A stretch of 64,000 nucleotides of DNA from Anaerolineales bacterium (GCA_026129255.1 JAHCIJ010000002.1:125799-189798), one strand, 5' to 3'. Positions 8,300 through 19,095 are shown, numbered from the stretch's first letter. The notes: a model not told the origin generated them from the sequence alone. Made by a program: numbers and translations.

Positions 8300-8776
8300 A
8301 TGCGTTACGCAATTATTGAGAGCGGCGGCAAGCAATACAAGGCTGTCGAAGGTGAAACCATTGAGGTGGATCTGGTTGCCGAGGAAGCTGGCAAGCAGAT
8401 CGAAATTGAGCATGTGCTGCTGATCTCAGACGGCGACAACATCCTGGTGGGCACGCCTACCGTGGCTGGCGCCAAAGTGGCCGCCACCGTACTGGACGAC
8501 ACCCAGGGTCCCAAGATCACTGTCTTCAAGTACAAGCCCAAGATCCGCTACCGCGTGCGCACTGGCCATCGCCAGAAGCTCACCCGCCTGTTGATCGACA
8601 GCATCAACATCGCTGGCGAGACGCGCGCCAAAGCCGCCAAGGAAGAAGCCCCCAAGGCTGAGACCAAGCGTACGCGCAAGCCGGCAACGGCAAAAGCTGC
8701 GGCCAAGAAAACCGTAGCCAAGAAAACGGCCACCAAGAAGGCCGCGGTCAAGAAGACCGCCGCCAAAAAGAAATAA
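8300..8776 (+). CDS. rplU: 50S ribosomal protein L21 with a Lys/Ala-rich C-terminal tail
   Basis: MRYAIIESGGKQYKAVEG. GGAG lies 10 nt upstream of ATG 8300. The C-terminal ~55 aa are AKKT/AKKA repeats. Confidence 0.92.
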   Translation: MRYAIIESGGKQYKAVEGETIEVDLVAEEAGKQIEIEHVLLISDGDNILVGTPTVAGAKVAATVLDDTQGPKITVFKYKPKIRYRVRTGHRQKLTRLLIDSINIAGETRAKAAKEEAPKAETKRTRKPATAKAAAKKTVAKKTATKKAAVKKTAAKKK

Positions 8777-8794
8777 TTCTGGAGCGAATGAGAG

Positions 8795-9076
8795 ATGGCA
8801 CATAAAAAGGGCGGCGGTTCTAGCCGCAACGGACGCGATAGTCACTCCCAGCGCTTGGGCATCAAACGCTTCGGCGGTGAGGTGGTCAAGGCTGGCAACA
8901 TTCTGGTTCGTCAGCGCGGCACCAAGATCCACCCCGGCCAGAATGTAGGCCTGGGCAAGGATCACACCATCTTCGCCATCATTGACGGCCAGGTGGTGTT
9001 TGAGACCGTAGCCAACGGCCGCAAGCGCGTGAGTGTGCTACCCGCAACCGGGACCCCCGCTAGCGCAGCGGAGTAA
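8795..9076 (+). CDS. rpmA: 50S ribosomal protein L27
   Basis: [28 protein letters not shown]. Confidence 0.95.
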   Translation: MAHKKGGGSSRNGRDSHSQRLGIKRFGGEVVKAGNILVRQRGTKIHPGQNVGLGKDHTIFAIIDGQVVFETVANGRKRVSVLPATGTPASAAE

Positions 9077-9129
9077 GCGGCAACAAATATCAATTGAAGC
9101 GCTTGCAGCTGAGCGTTGAAAGGAAACAC

Positions 9130-9618
9130 ATGAAGGCAGAGATTCACCCAACTTATTACCCAGACGCCAAAGTAGTCTGCGCGTGCGGCAACAGCTGGAG
9201 CACTGGCTCCACCAAAGCCGAGATCCGCGTGGATATTTGCTCCAATTGCCACCCGTTCTACACTGGTGAGCAGCGCATCGTGGATACTGAAGGCCAGGTA
9301 GACCGCTTCTACAAGCGTCTGGAAGTGCGCACCGAGTACAAGAAATCTCGCGATGCGGCCCAGGTTGCCAAGACGTCGCCCGAGCGCGCCTTGGCCGAGT
9401 TTGAGATCACCAAGAAGACGCTCGAGGCCTACAAGGCTGCTGGCATCGAGACCGCTGGTCAGTTCATCGAGAAGCTGCAAGGCGGCGATGAAGCCGTCTT
9501 GGCGCTGGACGGCGTTGGCCGCAAAGGCCTGGCTGACACCAAGAAGGCCCTCAAGCGCTCCGGCTTTGCCCTGCCTGAGGGCACGGACACTGAGCCCGAA
9601 GCTGAAGCGGCTGAGTAA
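9130..9618 (+). CDS. rpmE: 50S ribosomal protein L31 (type A, CxxC...CxxC) fused to a ~95-aa C-terminal extension
   Basis: Start moved to ATG 9130. [21 protein letters not shown]...[10 protein letters not shown] is followed by an HhH-like segment, [17 protein letters not shown]...[23 protein letters not shown]. Confidence 0.9.
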   Translation: MKAEIHPTYYPDAKVVCACGNSWSTGSTKAEIRVDICSNCHPFYTGEQRIVDTEGQVDRFYKRLEVRTEYKKSRDAAQVAKTSPERALAEFEITKKTLEAYKAAGIETAGQFIEKLQGGDEAVLALDGVGRKGLADTKKALKRSGFALPEGTDTEPEAEAAE

Positions 9619-9632
9619 TCCATCGAATACAC

Positions 9633-9660
9633 AAAAGCGCTCCGTCACGGAGCGCTTTTT
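9633..9660 (+). terminator. intrinsic terminator after rpmE
   Basis: GCGCTCCG-tca-CGGAGCGC stem followed by TTTTT. Confidence 0.8.
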
Positions 9661-9734
9661 GATTCACGCGCTGCATAGCAGCGGCAGATGAGGCTGTTTC
9701 TAGTACACTTGCGGCATTCGCATGAGAGGTGAAG

Positions 9735-10304
9735 ATGGAAGGCAAAACTGGAATTTTGGAAGTCATCACTGGCTCCATGTTCTGCGGCAAATCGGATGAG
9801 CTTATCCGCCGCCTGCGCCGGGCCAGGATCGCCCAGAAGAAGATCCAGGTCTTTAAACCCGCCATCGATGATCGCTATGCCGAGGCCAAAGTGGTCTCTC
9901 ATGCTGGCAATGAATTTGACGCCGTAGCCATCGAAAAGGCGGCCGACATCCGCTCCCAGCTGCAGCCGGATACCACCGTGGTGGGCATTGATGAAGCCCA
10001 GTTCATAGACGATGAGATCGTGGCCGTGGTCAAGTACATGGCCGACAACGGCATCCGCGTCATCGTGGCCGGGTTGGATACCGATTTCCGCGGTGAGCCC
10101 TTCGGCAGCATGCCCACCCTCACCGCCCAGGCCGAGCGCGTCGACAAGTTGCACGCCATTTGCATGGTGTGCGGAGGCGATGCCAGCCGCACCCAGCGCC
10201 TGGTCAACAACAGCCCGGCCAACTACAACGACCCCATTGTCATCGTTGGCGCGTCGGAGATGTACGAGGCGCGCTGCCGGGCCCATCACGAGGTCCCCAA
10301 CTAA
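9735..10304 (+). CDS. tdk: thymidine kinase
   Basis: P-loop [11 protein letters not shown] and the C-terminal zinc ribbon CMVCG...RCRAHH. ATG 9735 is preferred over GTG 9729. Confidence 0.92.
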   Translation: MEGKTGILEVITGSMFCGKSDELIRRLRRARIAQKKIQVFKPAIDDRYAEAKVVSHAGNEFDAVAIEKAADIRSQLQPDTTVVGIDEAQFIDDEIVAVVKYMADNGIRVIVAGLDTDFRGEPFGSMPTLTAQAERVDKLHAICMVCGGDASRTQRLVNNSPANYNDPIVIVGASEMYEARCRAHHEVPN

Positions 10305-10309
10305 CGTCT

Positions 10310-10879
10310 ATGCCACAACCCCCGCTTCCCTACACCGAGCTGCTTGCCGAAACCCTCATCACCGAAGAGCAGCTCCAGGCCCGCATTGCGGAGTTGGGCG
10401 CAGAGATCAGCCGAGATTATGCCGGTAAGGATCTCTTGCTCATCTGTATCCTGCGCGGCGGCGTCATGTTCCTCACCGACCTCGTGCGCCACATCACCAT
10501 CCCGCACATGATGGACTTTATGGCCGTCTCCTCCTACGGCGCCGGGGCGCGCAAAAGCAGCGGCCAGGTGCGCATCACCATGGACCTCAGCCTGGATATT
10601 GCCGGGCGTAATGTGGTGCTGGTGGAGGATATTGTCGATAGTGGCAACACCATCGCCTCCGTGCTCAGCCTGCTGAAGGCACGCAACCCGGCCAGCCTCA
10701 AAGTCTGCAGCCTGCTGGACAAGCCGGAGATGCGCCAGTCTGAAGTGCCCATTGATTACACCGGCTTCAGCATCCCCAATAAGTTTGTGTTTGGCTACGG
10801 ACTGGATCTGGACGAGTACTATCGCAACCTGCCTTTCATCGGCGTGGTCGATACCGAAAAATACGCCACACCGCACTAG
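10310..10879 (+). CDS. hpt: hypoxanthine phosphoribosyltransferase
   Basis: Start moved to ATG 10310 (MPQPPLPY). PRPP motif VVLVEDIVDSGNT. FVFGYGLDLDEYYRNLPFIG. Confidence 0.92.
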   Translation: MPQPPLPYTELLAETLITEEQLQARIAELGAEISRDYAGKDLLLICILRGGVMFLTDLVRHITIPHMMDFMAVSSYGAGARKSSGQVRITMDLSLDIAGRNVVLVEDIVDSGNTIASVLSLLKARNPASLKVCSLLDKPEMRQSEVPIDYTGFSIPNKFVFGYGLDLDEYYRNLPFIGVVDTEKYATPH

Positions 10880-10924
10880 CGCCCCTCGCTGCAGCCGTGC
10901 GGCTAGCACAGTAGACTTGTATCG

Positions 10925-12406
10925 ATGAGTACCCACCCTCAATTGCCGCCGCTGGTGCAGCAGGTGCGCGCCGCCGTCCCGCCAGACCAGCCGCTCTACC
11001 TGGTGGGCGGCGCGGTGCGTGACCTGCTGCTCAACCGCCCGGTGCACGACCTGGATTTTGTCGTGCCGGGCCGCGCCATCCCGCTGGCACGCAAGCTGGC
11101 CAATGCGCTCGGCGGCAACTTCTATGCGCTCGACGCCGAGCGCGATGCGGGCCGCGTGCTGCTGCCCGATGGGCACGCCGCGCTTGATTTTGTCGCCATG
11201 CAAGGCGCCACGCTGGACGAAGACCTGGCCCAGCGCGATTTCACCATCAACGCCATGGCGCTCAGCCTGCACCATGCCAGCTTGCATGACCCGCTGGGCG
11301 GCGCAGCCGACCTGCGTGCCAAACGCTTGCGCTTCGCTGGGTCGTTGGCGTTTGCCAACGACCCGGTACGCATCCTGCGTGCCGTGCGCATGGCGGCAGT
11401 CTTCGGCTTGCAGATCGAGCCGGAGACGCGTGCCGCGCTGCGCGCCGCCGTGCCACACCTCGGCCAAGTCTCGCCTGAGCGCATACGTGATGAAGTGTTC
11501 CGTCTGCTGCTCGCTTCTAAACCGGCAACTTCGCTACGCACGCTGGATGTGTTTGGCGCATTATCCAAGCTGTTTCCTGAGCTCGAGCCGCTCAAGGGCT
11601 TGCAACAATCCCCGCCGCATATCTACGATGTCTGGGATCACAGCCTGCACGTGGTCGACAAGCTCGGTACCGTCTTCAGCGCGCTGGACGAGAACTATCC
11701 CGCTGAAGGGGTGGGTGAGCTGGTCAGCGGGCTGACCGTGCTGCGCCTGGGGCGCTACCGCAGCCAGATCAGCCAGCACCTGGCGAGCGAGCTGGTGCCG
11801 GGGCGCCCGCGCCGCGCCCTGCTGCTGCTGGCGGCGCTGCTGCACGATGCGGGCAAGGCGCTCACGCGCAGCGTGGACGCAAACGGGCGCATCCGCTTCT
11901 TTGAGCACGAAGCGCGTGGCGCTGAGTTGATCGAGCAGCGCGCCCAGGCCATGCACCTGAGCAGTGATGAAACTGAGCTGCTACGCACCATCGTGGCCCA
12001 CCACATGCGCCCGTTCCTGCTCACCCATAGCGGCGAGCCGCCCAGCCGCCGCGCCATCTATCGCTTCTTCCGTGATACCGGTGCAGCCGGCGTCGATATC
12101 TGCCTGCTCTCGCTGGCCGATCAGCTCGGCAAGCGCGGCACAGAGATCGACCAGGCCGAGCTCACCCGCACGCTGGACACACTGCGTGCGCTGCTGGAGG
12201 CCTACTACAAGCAGGCCGAAGAGGTGATCTCACCACCAGTGTTGCTCAATGGCAATGACCTGATGACGGAGCTGGGCCTAAAGCCCGGCCGCAAAGTGGG
12301 CGAGATCCTCGAAGCCCTGCGTGAGGCCCAGGCCATGGGCGATGTGCCCGATCGTGAAGCCGCGCTAGCCTTTGCCCGCAAGCGCGCACAAGCAGGCCGG
12401 AATTGA
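10925..12406 (+). CDS. cca: CCA-adding tRNA nucleotidyltransferase / poly(A) polymerase family protein with HD domain
   Basis: GGAVRDLLL..P.HDLDFVV head domain, RDFTINAM, and an HD region LLHDAGK. Confidence 0.85.
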   Translation: MSTHPQLPPLVQQVRAAVPPDQPLYLVGGAVRDLLLNRPVHDLDFVVPGRAIPLARKLANALGGNFYALDAERDAGRVLLPDGHAALDFVAMQGATLDEDLAQRDFTINAMALSLHHASLHDPLGGAADLRAKRLRFAGSLAFANDPVRILRAVRMAAVFGLQIEPETRAALRAAVPHLGQVSPERIRDEVFRLLLASKPATSLRTLDVFGALSKLFPELEPLKGLQQSPPHIYDVWDHSLHVVDKLGTVFSALDENYPAEGVGELVSGLTVLRLGRYRSQISQHLASELVPGRPRRALLLLAALLHDAGKALTRSVDANGRIRFFEHEARGAELIEQRAQAMHLSSDETELLRTIVAHHMRPFLLTHSGEPPSRRAIYRFFRDTGAAGVDICLLSLADQLGKRGTEIDQAELTRTLDTLRALLEAYYKQAEEVISPPVLLNGNDLMTELGLKPGRKVGEILEALREAQAMGDVPDREAALAFARKRAQAGRN

Positions 12407-12415
12407 CACAGGTTT

Positions 12416-12477
12416 GTCATTGCGAGGAGGGCTGAGAGTTGCATGTTCATGCAACTCTCAGCCCCGAAGCAATCCCC
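12416..12477 (+). repeat. hairpin repeat, ATTGC/GCAAT subfamily
   Basis: GTCATTGCGAGGAG-[GCTGAGAGTTGCAT-gttc-ATGCAACTCTCAGC]-CCCGAAGCAATCCCC. Confidence 0.85.
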
Positions 12478-12547
12478 ACGCTAGCTATACATTCTGGCCT
12501 GGCTGTACCAGACGCGCTCTGCACCAAACAGATAAAATCTGCCTAGC

Positions 12548-13729
12548 ATGCAAATCAGCAACCACCCCACCATCAGCACCAATGCAGACCTGCGCCCCAC
12601 GCACCTACAGATAGACCTGGCGCGCCTCGGCAGCAACCTGCAGGCCATCCAGGCACATGTGGGCGGGGCGCAGGTCATGCCCATCCTCAAAGCCAATGCC
12701 TATGGGCACGGCTTGGTGCGCGTGGGCCAGTACATGCAGAGCCTTGGGGTGGGGCGCATCGGCGTGGCCTATCTTGAAGAGGGCATCCTGCTGCGCGAAG
12801 CGGGCGTTACAACGCCTATCCTGGTGCTGGGTGGCATCCTTGGCAGCCAGGCGCCGCTGTTCCTGCAGCACGGCCTCACCCTCACTGTCTCCTCCACCCA
12901 GAAGCTGGAGCAGGTCGAGGCGGCCGCCGCCGCGGCGGGCGTGGTGGCCAAGGTACACCTCAAGATCGATACCGGCATGGAGCGTATTGGCGTGCACTAC
13001 TACAACGCCGAGGGCTTGCTGGAGGCCACCTTGCGCTGCAAACATGTCGAGGTCGAAGGGATCTTCTCGCACTTCGCCAATGCAGACGCCGCCGACTTGA
13101 CTTCGGCTCGTCTTCAAGTCGAACGCTTTCAGGAGGTGCTGCGCTTCTACGAGCAGCACAGCCTGCCCACGCCGCTGCGCCACATGGCGAACTCCGGCGC
13201 GGTGCTGCAACTGCCCGAAAGCTGGATGGATCTAGTTCGCCCTGGCATTTTGCTCTACGGCGTGTATCCTTCGGCGCAAGCCCAGCGCAGCGTGGCCGTG
13301 CAGCCCGCGCTCACCTGGTCTTCGCGCATCGTGTATTTCAAAGTTGTGCGCCCCGGCCACCCGGTGAGCTATGGCTCCACCTGGCAGAGCGACCATGAAG
13401 TGCGCGTGGTCACCGTGCCCGTGGGCTATGGGGATGGCTACTTCCGTGCCATGTCTGGCAAAGCGCAGGTGCTCATCAAGGGCAAGCGCTATCCGGTGGT
13501 GGGCACGATCTGCATGGATCAGTTCATGGTCAATATTGAGCAAGACTCCGCCTTCAATGAAGACGAGATCATTCTGGTGGGCGAGAGCCAGGGCGAGCAC
13601 ATCACCGAAAGCATCAGCGTAGAAGACCTGGCCGCCTGGGCAGGCACCATCCCCTACGAAATTCTGACCAACATCAATACGCGTGTGCCGCGCGTCTATC
13701 TGCAAGACCAGCCGCTAGCTGACGGATAA
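12548..13729 (+). CDS. alr: alanine racemase
   Basis: PLP-lysine motif VMPILKANAYGHG. Typical C-terminal PVGYGDGY...ICMDQFMV. Confidence 0.92.
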   Translation: MQISNHPTISTNADLRPTHLQIDLARLGSNLQAIQAHVGGAQVMPILKANAYGHGLVRVGQYMQSLGVGRIGVAYLEEGILLREAGVTTPILVLGGILGSQAPLFLQHGLTLTVSSTQKLEQVEAAAAAAGVVAKVHLKIDTGMERIGVHYYNAEGLLEATLRCKHVEVEGIFSHFANADAADLTSARLQVERFQEVLRFYEQHSLPTPLRHMANSGAVLQLPESWMDLVRPGILLYGVYPSAQAQRSVAVQPALTWSSRIVYFKVVRPGHPVSYGSTWQSDHEVRVVTVPVGYGDGYFRAMSGKAQVLIKGKRYPVVGTICMDQFMVNIEQDSAFNEDEIILVGESQGEHITESISVEDLAAWAGTIPYEILTNINTRVPRVYLQDQPLADG

Positions 13730-13748
13730 TGTGTCTCTGGAGGAACTT

Positions 13749-14072
13749 ATGAAAGTCAATCCCCTGATCGTTGTGCTCACGCTGTTCACCGCCATTGTGC
13801 ATTTGGTAGTACTCAATCTCAACGGCTATGTCTTCTTGCCCTTTGTGCTCAACGGGCTCGGCTTCCTGGCGCTGTTGTCTGCCCTGATGTGGAGCGTGGG
13901 TAAGCCGCAGGCGCGTTGGGTGCACTATGCCTTCATCGCTTATACGCTGGTCACCATCGCTGCCTGGGTGCCGATGGGTGCCCGCACTGTGCTGGCCTAC
14001 GCTACCAAGGGCGCCGAGGTTGGCCTGGTGATTGCGCTGGTGCAGAGCCTGCGCAGCCTGCCCGCAAAATAG
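13749..14072 (+). CDS. small hypothetical membrane protein (3-4 TM)
   Basis: GGAGGA lies 6 nt upstream of ATG 13749. The track start at 13731 is a GTG directly after the alr stop. Strongly hydrophobic. Confidence 0.6.
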   Translation: MKVNPLIVVLTLFTAIVHLVVLNLNGYVFLPFVLNGLGFLALLSALMWSVGKPQARWVHYAFIAYTLVTIAAWVPMGARTVLAYATKGAEVGLVIALVQSLRSLPAK

Positions 14073-14148
14073 CCGCGCCGCTCACGCCGGTCTGAGAGCG
14101 CCTGGTGCCGCGGGTAGAATAAGCTTTCATCCCCACCCCTGAGGCTAC

Positions 14149-14694
14149 ATGGCATCCACACCGCAATCGCAACCCGTCATCAACCTGCGCAGCTACCTGT
14201 CTCTGGTGCTCGTTTCAGGCGCCATCATCCTGCTTGACCAACTCACCAAGGCCTGGGTGCGCGACAACCTGGCCCTCAGCCAGACCTGGATGCCCTGGGA
14301 GCAACTGGCTCCCTATGCGCGCATCGTGCACTGGCAGAACAGCGGCGCCGCCTTCGGCATGTTCCAGAACGCCGGCGCCTTTTTCGCCGTGCTGGCCATC
14401 CTCGTGGCAGGCATGATCATCTACTACTTCCCGCGCCTGGAGCCTGGCGACTGGGCCGTGCGCCTGGGCATGAGCCTGCAGTTGGGCGGGGCGCTCGGCA
14501 ACCTGATCGACCGTCTGCAGCACGGCCATGTCACCGATTTCATCTCGATCGGCAACTTCCCCATTTGGAATATTGCCGATGCCGCCATCACCTGCGGTGT
14601 GGCCGTCATGATCCTGGATATGCTCTTCAACCCCACACACAAGAAGCCTGCCGCCACTGCTCCGGTTCACAACGATGACCAAACCTCAAGCTGA
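14149..14694 (+). CDS. lspA: lipoprotein signal peptidase II
   Basis: LDQLTK, NSGAAFGMF, GGALGNLIDR, VTDFI, WNIADAAI. Confidence 0.9.
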   Translation: MASTPQSQPVINLRSYLSLVLVSGAIILLDQLTKAWVRDNLALSQTWMPWEQLAPYARIVHWQNSGAAFGMFQNAGAFFAVLAILVAGMIIYYFPRLEPGDWAVRLGMSLQLGGALGNLIDRLQHGHVTDFISIGNFPIWNIADAAITCGVAVMILDMLFNPTHKKPAATAPVHNDDQTSS

Positions 14695-15688
14695 GCCTGT
14701 AGTGCATGATCTGCAGGTGGCCGCCGGCCCGCAGCGGCTGGACAAGTTCCTGGTAGAGCAGCTGCCAGACTTCTCCCGGGCGCGCCTGCAAGCGCTCATT
14801 AAAGAGGGCCGCGTGCAGGTGGATGGCAAAGCCGCCAGCAAGAGCGGCCAGACGCTGGAAGGGGGCGAGGCGGTGCAAGTGCAGGTGCCGCCTGCCGCGC
14901 CCAGCGAACTGATCCCTGAAGCCATTCCGCTGGATGTGATCTTTGAGAATAACGATGTGCTCATCGTGAACAAGCCCGCTGGCATGGTGGTGCACCCGGC
15001 CGCCGGACACAATACCAGCACCCTCATCCACGCCGCCCTGGCGCACGCCCCGCAGATCCAGGGTGTGGGCGGCGAGCTGCGCCCTGGCCTCGTCCACCGC
15101 TTGGACAAAGACACCTCGGGCCTCATCGTGCTGGCCAAGAATGACGCCGCCCACCACGCCCTGCAGGCCCAGTTCCAGCAGCGCAGCGCACAGAAGACCT
15201 ACATCGCTCTCGTGGATGGCCGCCCCAACACGCCCGAGGGGCGTATTGAGGCCGCCATCGGGCGTGACCTGCGTGAGCGCAAGCGCATGAGCGTCGTGCG
15301 CTCTGCCGGCGGCCGCGGCCGCGGCCGTGAAGCGGTGAGCGAGTACCGCACCCTGCACGAGTACGACGATCACACCCTGCTTGAGGTCAATATCCACACC
15401 GGGCGCACCCACCAAATTCGCGTCCACCTCGCTTTCATCCGTTGCCCGGTTGTGGGCGACACCGTCTATGGTCGCCGCAAACCCAGCCTGCCGCTCAAAC
15501 GCCAATTCCTGCATGCCGCCCGCCTCGGGCTGACCCTGCCCGGCGAGACCGAGATGCGCATCTTCAGCGCACCGCTGCCGGCAGACCTGCAGCATGTGCT
15601 GAATAATATGCGTGACAGATTTAGTTGTCATTCTGAGCCAGCAAGCGGCTTGCCGCTTGCGCCAGCGAAGAATCCATCCTCAAGTTGA
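14675..15688 (+). CDS. rluD: RluA/RluD family 23S rRNA pseudouridine synthase; the last ~20 codons are read from a hairpin repeat
   Basis: S4 domain, catalytic HRLDKDTSGL, and HTGRTHQIRVH. The tail SCHSEPASGLPLAPAKNPSSS is encoded by repeat 15627..15675. Confidence 0.9.
   Translation: MTKPQAEPVVHDLQVAAGPQRLDKFLVEQLPDFSRARLQALIKEGRVQVDGKAASKSGQTLEGGEAVQVQVPPAAPSELIPEAIPLDVIFENNDVLIVNKPAGMVVHPAAGHNTSTLIHAALAHAPQIQGVGGELRPGLVHRLDKDTSGLIVLAKNDAAHHALQAQFQQRSAQKTYIALVDGRPNTPEGRIEAAIGRDLRERKRMSVVRSAGGRGRGREAVSEYRTLHEYDDHTLLEVNIHTGRTHQIRVHLAFIRCPVVGDTVYGRRKPSLPLKRQFLHAARLGLTLPGETEMRIFSAPLPADLQHVLNNMRDRFSCHSEPASGLPLAPAKNPSSS
15627..15675 (+). repeat. hairpin repeat, ATTCT/AGAAT subfamily
   Basis: GTC-ATTCT-GAGC-ca-[GCAAGCGG-cttg-CCGCTTGC]-gcca-GCGA-AGAAT-CC. 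Confidence 0.8.
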
Positions 15689-15753
15689 TTTTCAAGGCTA
15701 GCCGATTGTTAGTGTGCTGCACATCTGAGTGAATTCCGAAGACATGTCTTAGC

Positions 15754-15816
15754 GGATTCCTCACTAGTTAGGGTTCGGCGGGTCTGGTGGTGAGCTATCA
15801 ATCCGTTCGGAATGAC
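15754..15816 (-). repeat. hairpin repeat, ATTCC/GGAAT subfamily, inverted, long variable insert
   Basis: GGATTCCTCAC-[38 nt]-CGTTCGGAATGAC. Confidence 0.75.
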
Positions 15817-15841
15817 ACGGTAAACGTTTTAGAATATCCCC

Positions 15842-16876
<1,035 letters not shown>

Positions 16877-16975
16877 GGCAGGCTGCACAGCCCGCAGCAG
16901 GGCTACTGTTATAATTGTGCTTATTGTCCTTTAGCGTTATTTACCAATCCTTGTTGAATTTGGAGCAGAACATTC

Positions 16976-17812
16976 ATGGGTGATTTCCTCACCAGTGCCG
17001 ATATTGAAGCCGCCGCATCCGCCATCAAGCAAAAAACCAGTCTTAAGCCCCGTATCGGTATGATCCTGGGCTCCGGCCTCGGCTCACTGGCCGAATCGAT
17101 CGAAAATCCTGAATACGTGCCTTATGGCGATATTCCCGGCTGGCCCATCTCCGGTGTCAAGGGCCATGCGGGTCGCCTGGTCTTCGGTACGCTGGAAGGC
17201 CAGCAAGTCGTCGTGATGCAGGGCCGCACCCACTATTACGAGGGCTACGATATGCCCCGGCTGGGCTTGCCCGTGCGTGCCATGCAGGCGCTGGGCATCG
17301 AGATGATTGTCATCACCAACGCCGCCGGTGCTGTAAACCCGGACTTCGATCCGGGCGACCTGATGCTTATCACCGATCATCTCAACTTCATCGGCATGGC
17401 CGGGCAAAATCCCTTGCGCGGCCCCAACCTCGAGGAGCTCGGCCCGCGCTTCCCAGATATGAGCCAGGTGTATGACCGCCAACTGCTGGCGCTCACCCGC
17501 GAGGTTGCCGCCGCCGAGAGCGTCACGCTGCGCGAAGGCGTGTACTGCTGCCTGGCTGGACCCAGTTTTGAAACCCCGGCTGACCTGCGCTTCCTGCGCG
17601 CCGTCGGCGTAGACGCCGTCGGCATGTCCACCGTGCCTGAGGCCACCATCGCCCGCCACAGCGGCACCCGTGTGCTCGGTATCTCCGGCATCAGCAACAA
17701 AGCCAACCTGGACGGCAATACGGAAACCACGCATGAGGAAGTGCTGGAAGCCGGCAAGGTGTTAGCGCCCAAGCTTACACAGGTAGTCCGCGGGGTACTG
17801 CGCAAGCTCTAA
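16976..17812 (+). CDS. purine nucleoside phosphorylase (trimeric PNP/PunA type)
   Basis: ILGSGLG, GHAGRLVFG, GRTHYYEG, GPSFETPAE-like GPSFETPADLR, and VGMSTVPE. Confidence 0.9.
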   Translation: MGDFLTSADIEAAASAIKQKTSLKPRIGMILGSGLGSLAESIENPEYVPYGDIPGWPISGVKGHAGRLVFGTLEGQQVVVMQGRTHYYEGYDMPRLGLPVRAMQALGIEMIVITNAAGAVNPDFDPGDLMLITDHLNFIGMAGQNPLRGPNLEELGPRFPDMSQVYDRQLLALTREVAAAESVTLREGVYCCLAGPSFETPADLRFLRAVGVDAVGMSTVPEATIARHSGTRVLGISGISNKANLDGNTETTHEEVLEAGKVLAPKLTQVVRGVLRKL

Positions 17813-17827
17813 ACGTGTTGTGCTCCC

Positions 17828-18526
17828 ATGGCAGAAGTCTTACGGTTCTTTGTAACGTATGAAGCGGTCCTGTACTTTCTACTGGGCTTGGGCGGTATTC
17901 TCTACTTTTACCGTTTCTGGCTCGCCTGGCAGGAGGTGCGCCTGGCCACTTATGGCCTGGAGCGCCAGGCCAGCCGCGAGCGCCTCAACCAGGCGGCGCT
18001 GATGCTGTTCGGTTTGCTGGTGATCGCGGTCGGTGTATTCGTAATGGTTACCTTTGTATCCACTTCGCTACCGGCGCAAGCTTTGCTCTCTACGCCTACG
18101 CTTTCGCTCTCACTCGAATCACAAACCGGCCAGACCACCGTCACCCCTGCTGGCGATGAAGTGCTGACCACCGCCACCGCACTGCCTACCGTCTCGGTGG
18201 ATGAGACGGCGTGTATCCCGGAGCAGATCATCATCACTGAGCCCACCGCGGACAGTGCCATCCGGGGCTCGGTAGAAGTAGTGGGCACTGTGGATATTGC
18301 CAATTTCGGCTTCTACAAGTTTGAGGTTGCCCGCGCCGAAGAAGAGCTGTGGCTCACCATCCAGGCCGGGCGCTCGATCATCCGGGATGGGGTGTTGGTA
18401 GAGAACTGGGATACCTCACGTTTGCCCACTGGCAACTATGTGCTGCAGCTCGTAGTCACAGACAATAATGGAACAGAACTCCCGCCTTGCCGCATCCCTG
18501 TGCGCATTGAGGCGCCAAGCGAATGA
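17828..18526 (+). CDS. hypothetical membrane-anchored protein with a C-terminal beta-rich domain
   Basis: Two N-terminal TM segments, a Thr/Ser-rich linker and a C-terminal ~100-aa domain. Its stop overlaps the next start (ATGA). Confidence 0.65.
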   Translation: MAEVLRFFVTYEAVLYFLLGLGGILYFYRFWLAWQEVRLATYGLERQASRERLNQAALMLFGLLVIAVGVFVMVTFVSTSLPAQALLSTPTLSLSLESQTGQTTVTPAGDEVLTTATALPTVSVDETACIPEQIIITEPTADSAIRGSVEVVGTVDIANFGFYKFEVARAEEELWLTIQAGRSIIRDGVLVENWDTSRLPTGNYVLQLVVTDNNGTELPPCRIPVRIEAPSE

Positions 18527-19074
18527 ACGACTCTAAACTTAATATGACCCTGCGCCCCTCAACCGAGGACGACCTGCCCGCCCTGATGGGCTTGGACCAT
18601 GGCTACTCCACCGAGTTTGTGTGGCAGATGGAAGTCGACCAGGCCACCCCGCGCATGGGTGCCCGCTTCCGCGAGATGCGTTTGCCGCGCCTGATGCAGG
18701 TCGCCTACCCGCGCGCCAAGCAAGCCCTGGCCGAGCTGGCCCCGCAGCGCAGCCTACTGCTGGTGGCCGAAGCTGAGGGCCAGCCCGTGGGCTACGCCGC
18801 CGTGGCCGGTAACCTGGCCCCGCACACCGCCTGGCTTACCGATGTAGTGGTGGCCGCCACCCAGCGCCGCCGCGGCGTGGCCAGCCGCCTGATCCTGGGC
18901 GTCCAGGCCTGGGCGCGTGAGCGCAATTACCAGCGTCTGGTGCTGGAGATGCAGACCAAGAACCACCCGGCCATCAAGCTGGCTCAGAAGCTGGCTTTTG
19001 AGTTTGCCGGTTTTAACGACCGCTATTATGACAATCAGGATATTGCTGTTTTCTTTGCCAAACGTCTGGCATAG
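18523..19074 (+). CDS. GNAT family N-acetyltransferase
   Basis: Acetyl-CoA motif QRRRGVASRLI, and the C-terminal KLAQKLAFEFAGF. Confidence 0.8.
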   Translation: MNDSKLNMTLRPSTEDDLPALMGLDHGYSTEFVWQMEVDQATPRMGARFREMRLPRLMQVAYPRAKQALAELAPQRSLLLVAEAEGQPVGYAAVAGNLAPHTAWLTDVVVAATQRRRGVASRLILGVQAWARERNYQRLVLEMQTKNHPAIKLAQKLAFEFAGFNDRYYDNQDIAVFFAKRLA

Positions 19075-19095
19075 AGCTTATAAAGATGACACCTC

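Noticed and set aside
10301-11467. 388-aa minus-strand ORF. The same class includes long antisense ORFs at 6445..7230, 8426..8965, 8962..9648, 9645..10289, 12605..13210, 14627..15631, 19402..20274, 21522..22106, 22110..22760, 27698..28411, 30371..31420, 35030..36289, 38045..38836, 39141..39806, 41255..42253, 42770..43894, 45137..45910, 47503..48441, 50104..51713, 52284..53417, 55342..56559, 59277..60503 and 62682..63686.
   Set aside because: All lie opposite genes with clear family signatures. They are Arg/Ala/Gly/His/Gln-rich with no recognisable motifs and no SD sequences. These are typical stop-poor antisense frames of a high-GC genome.
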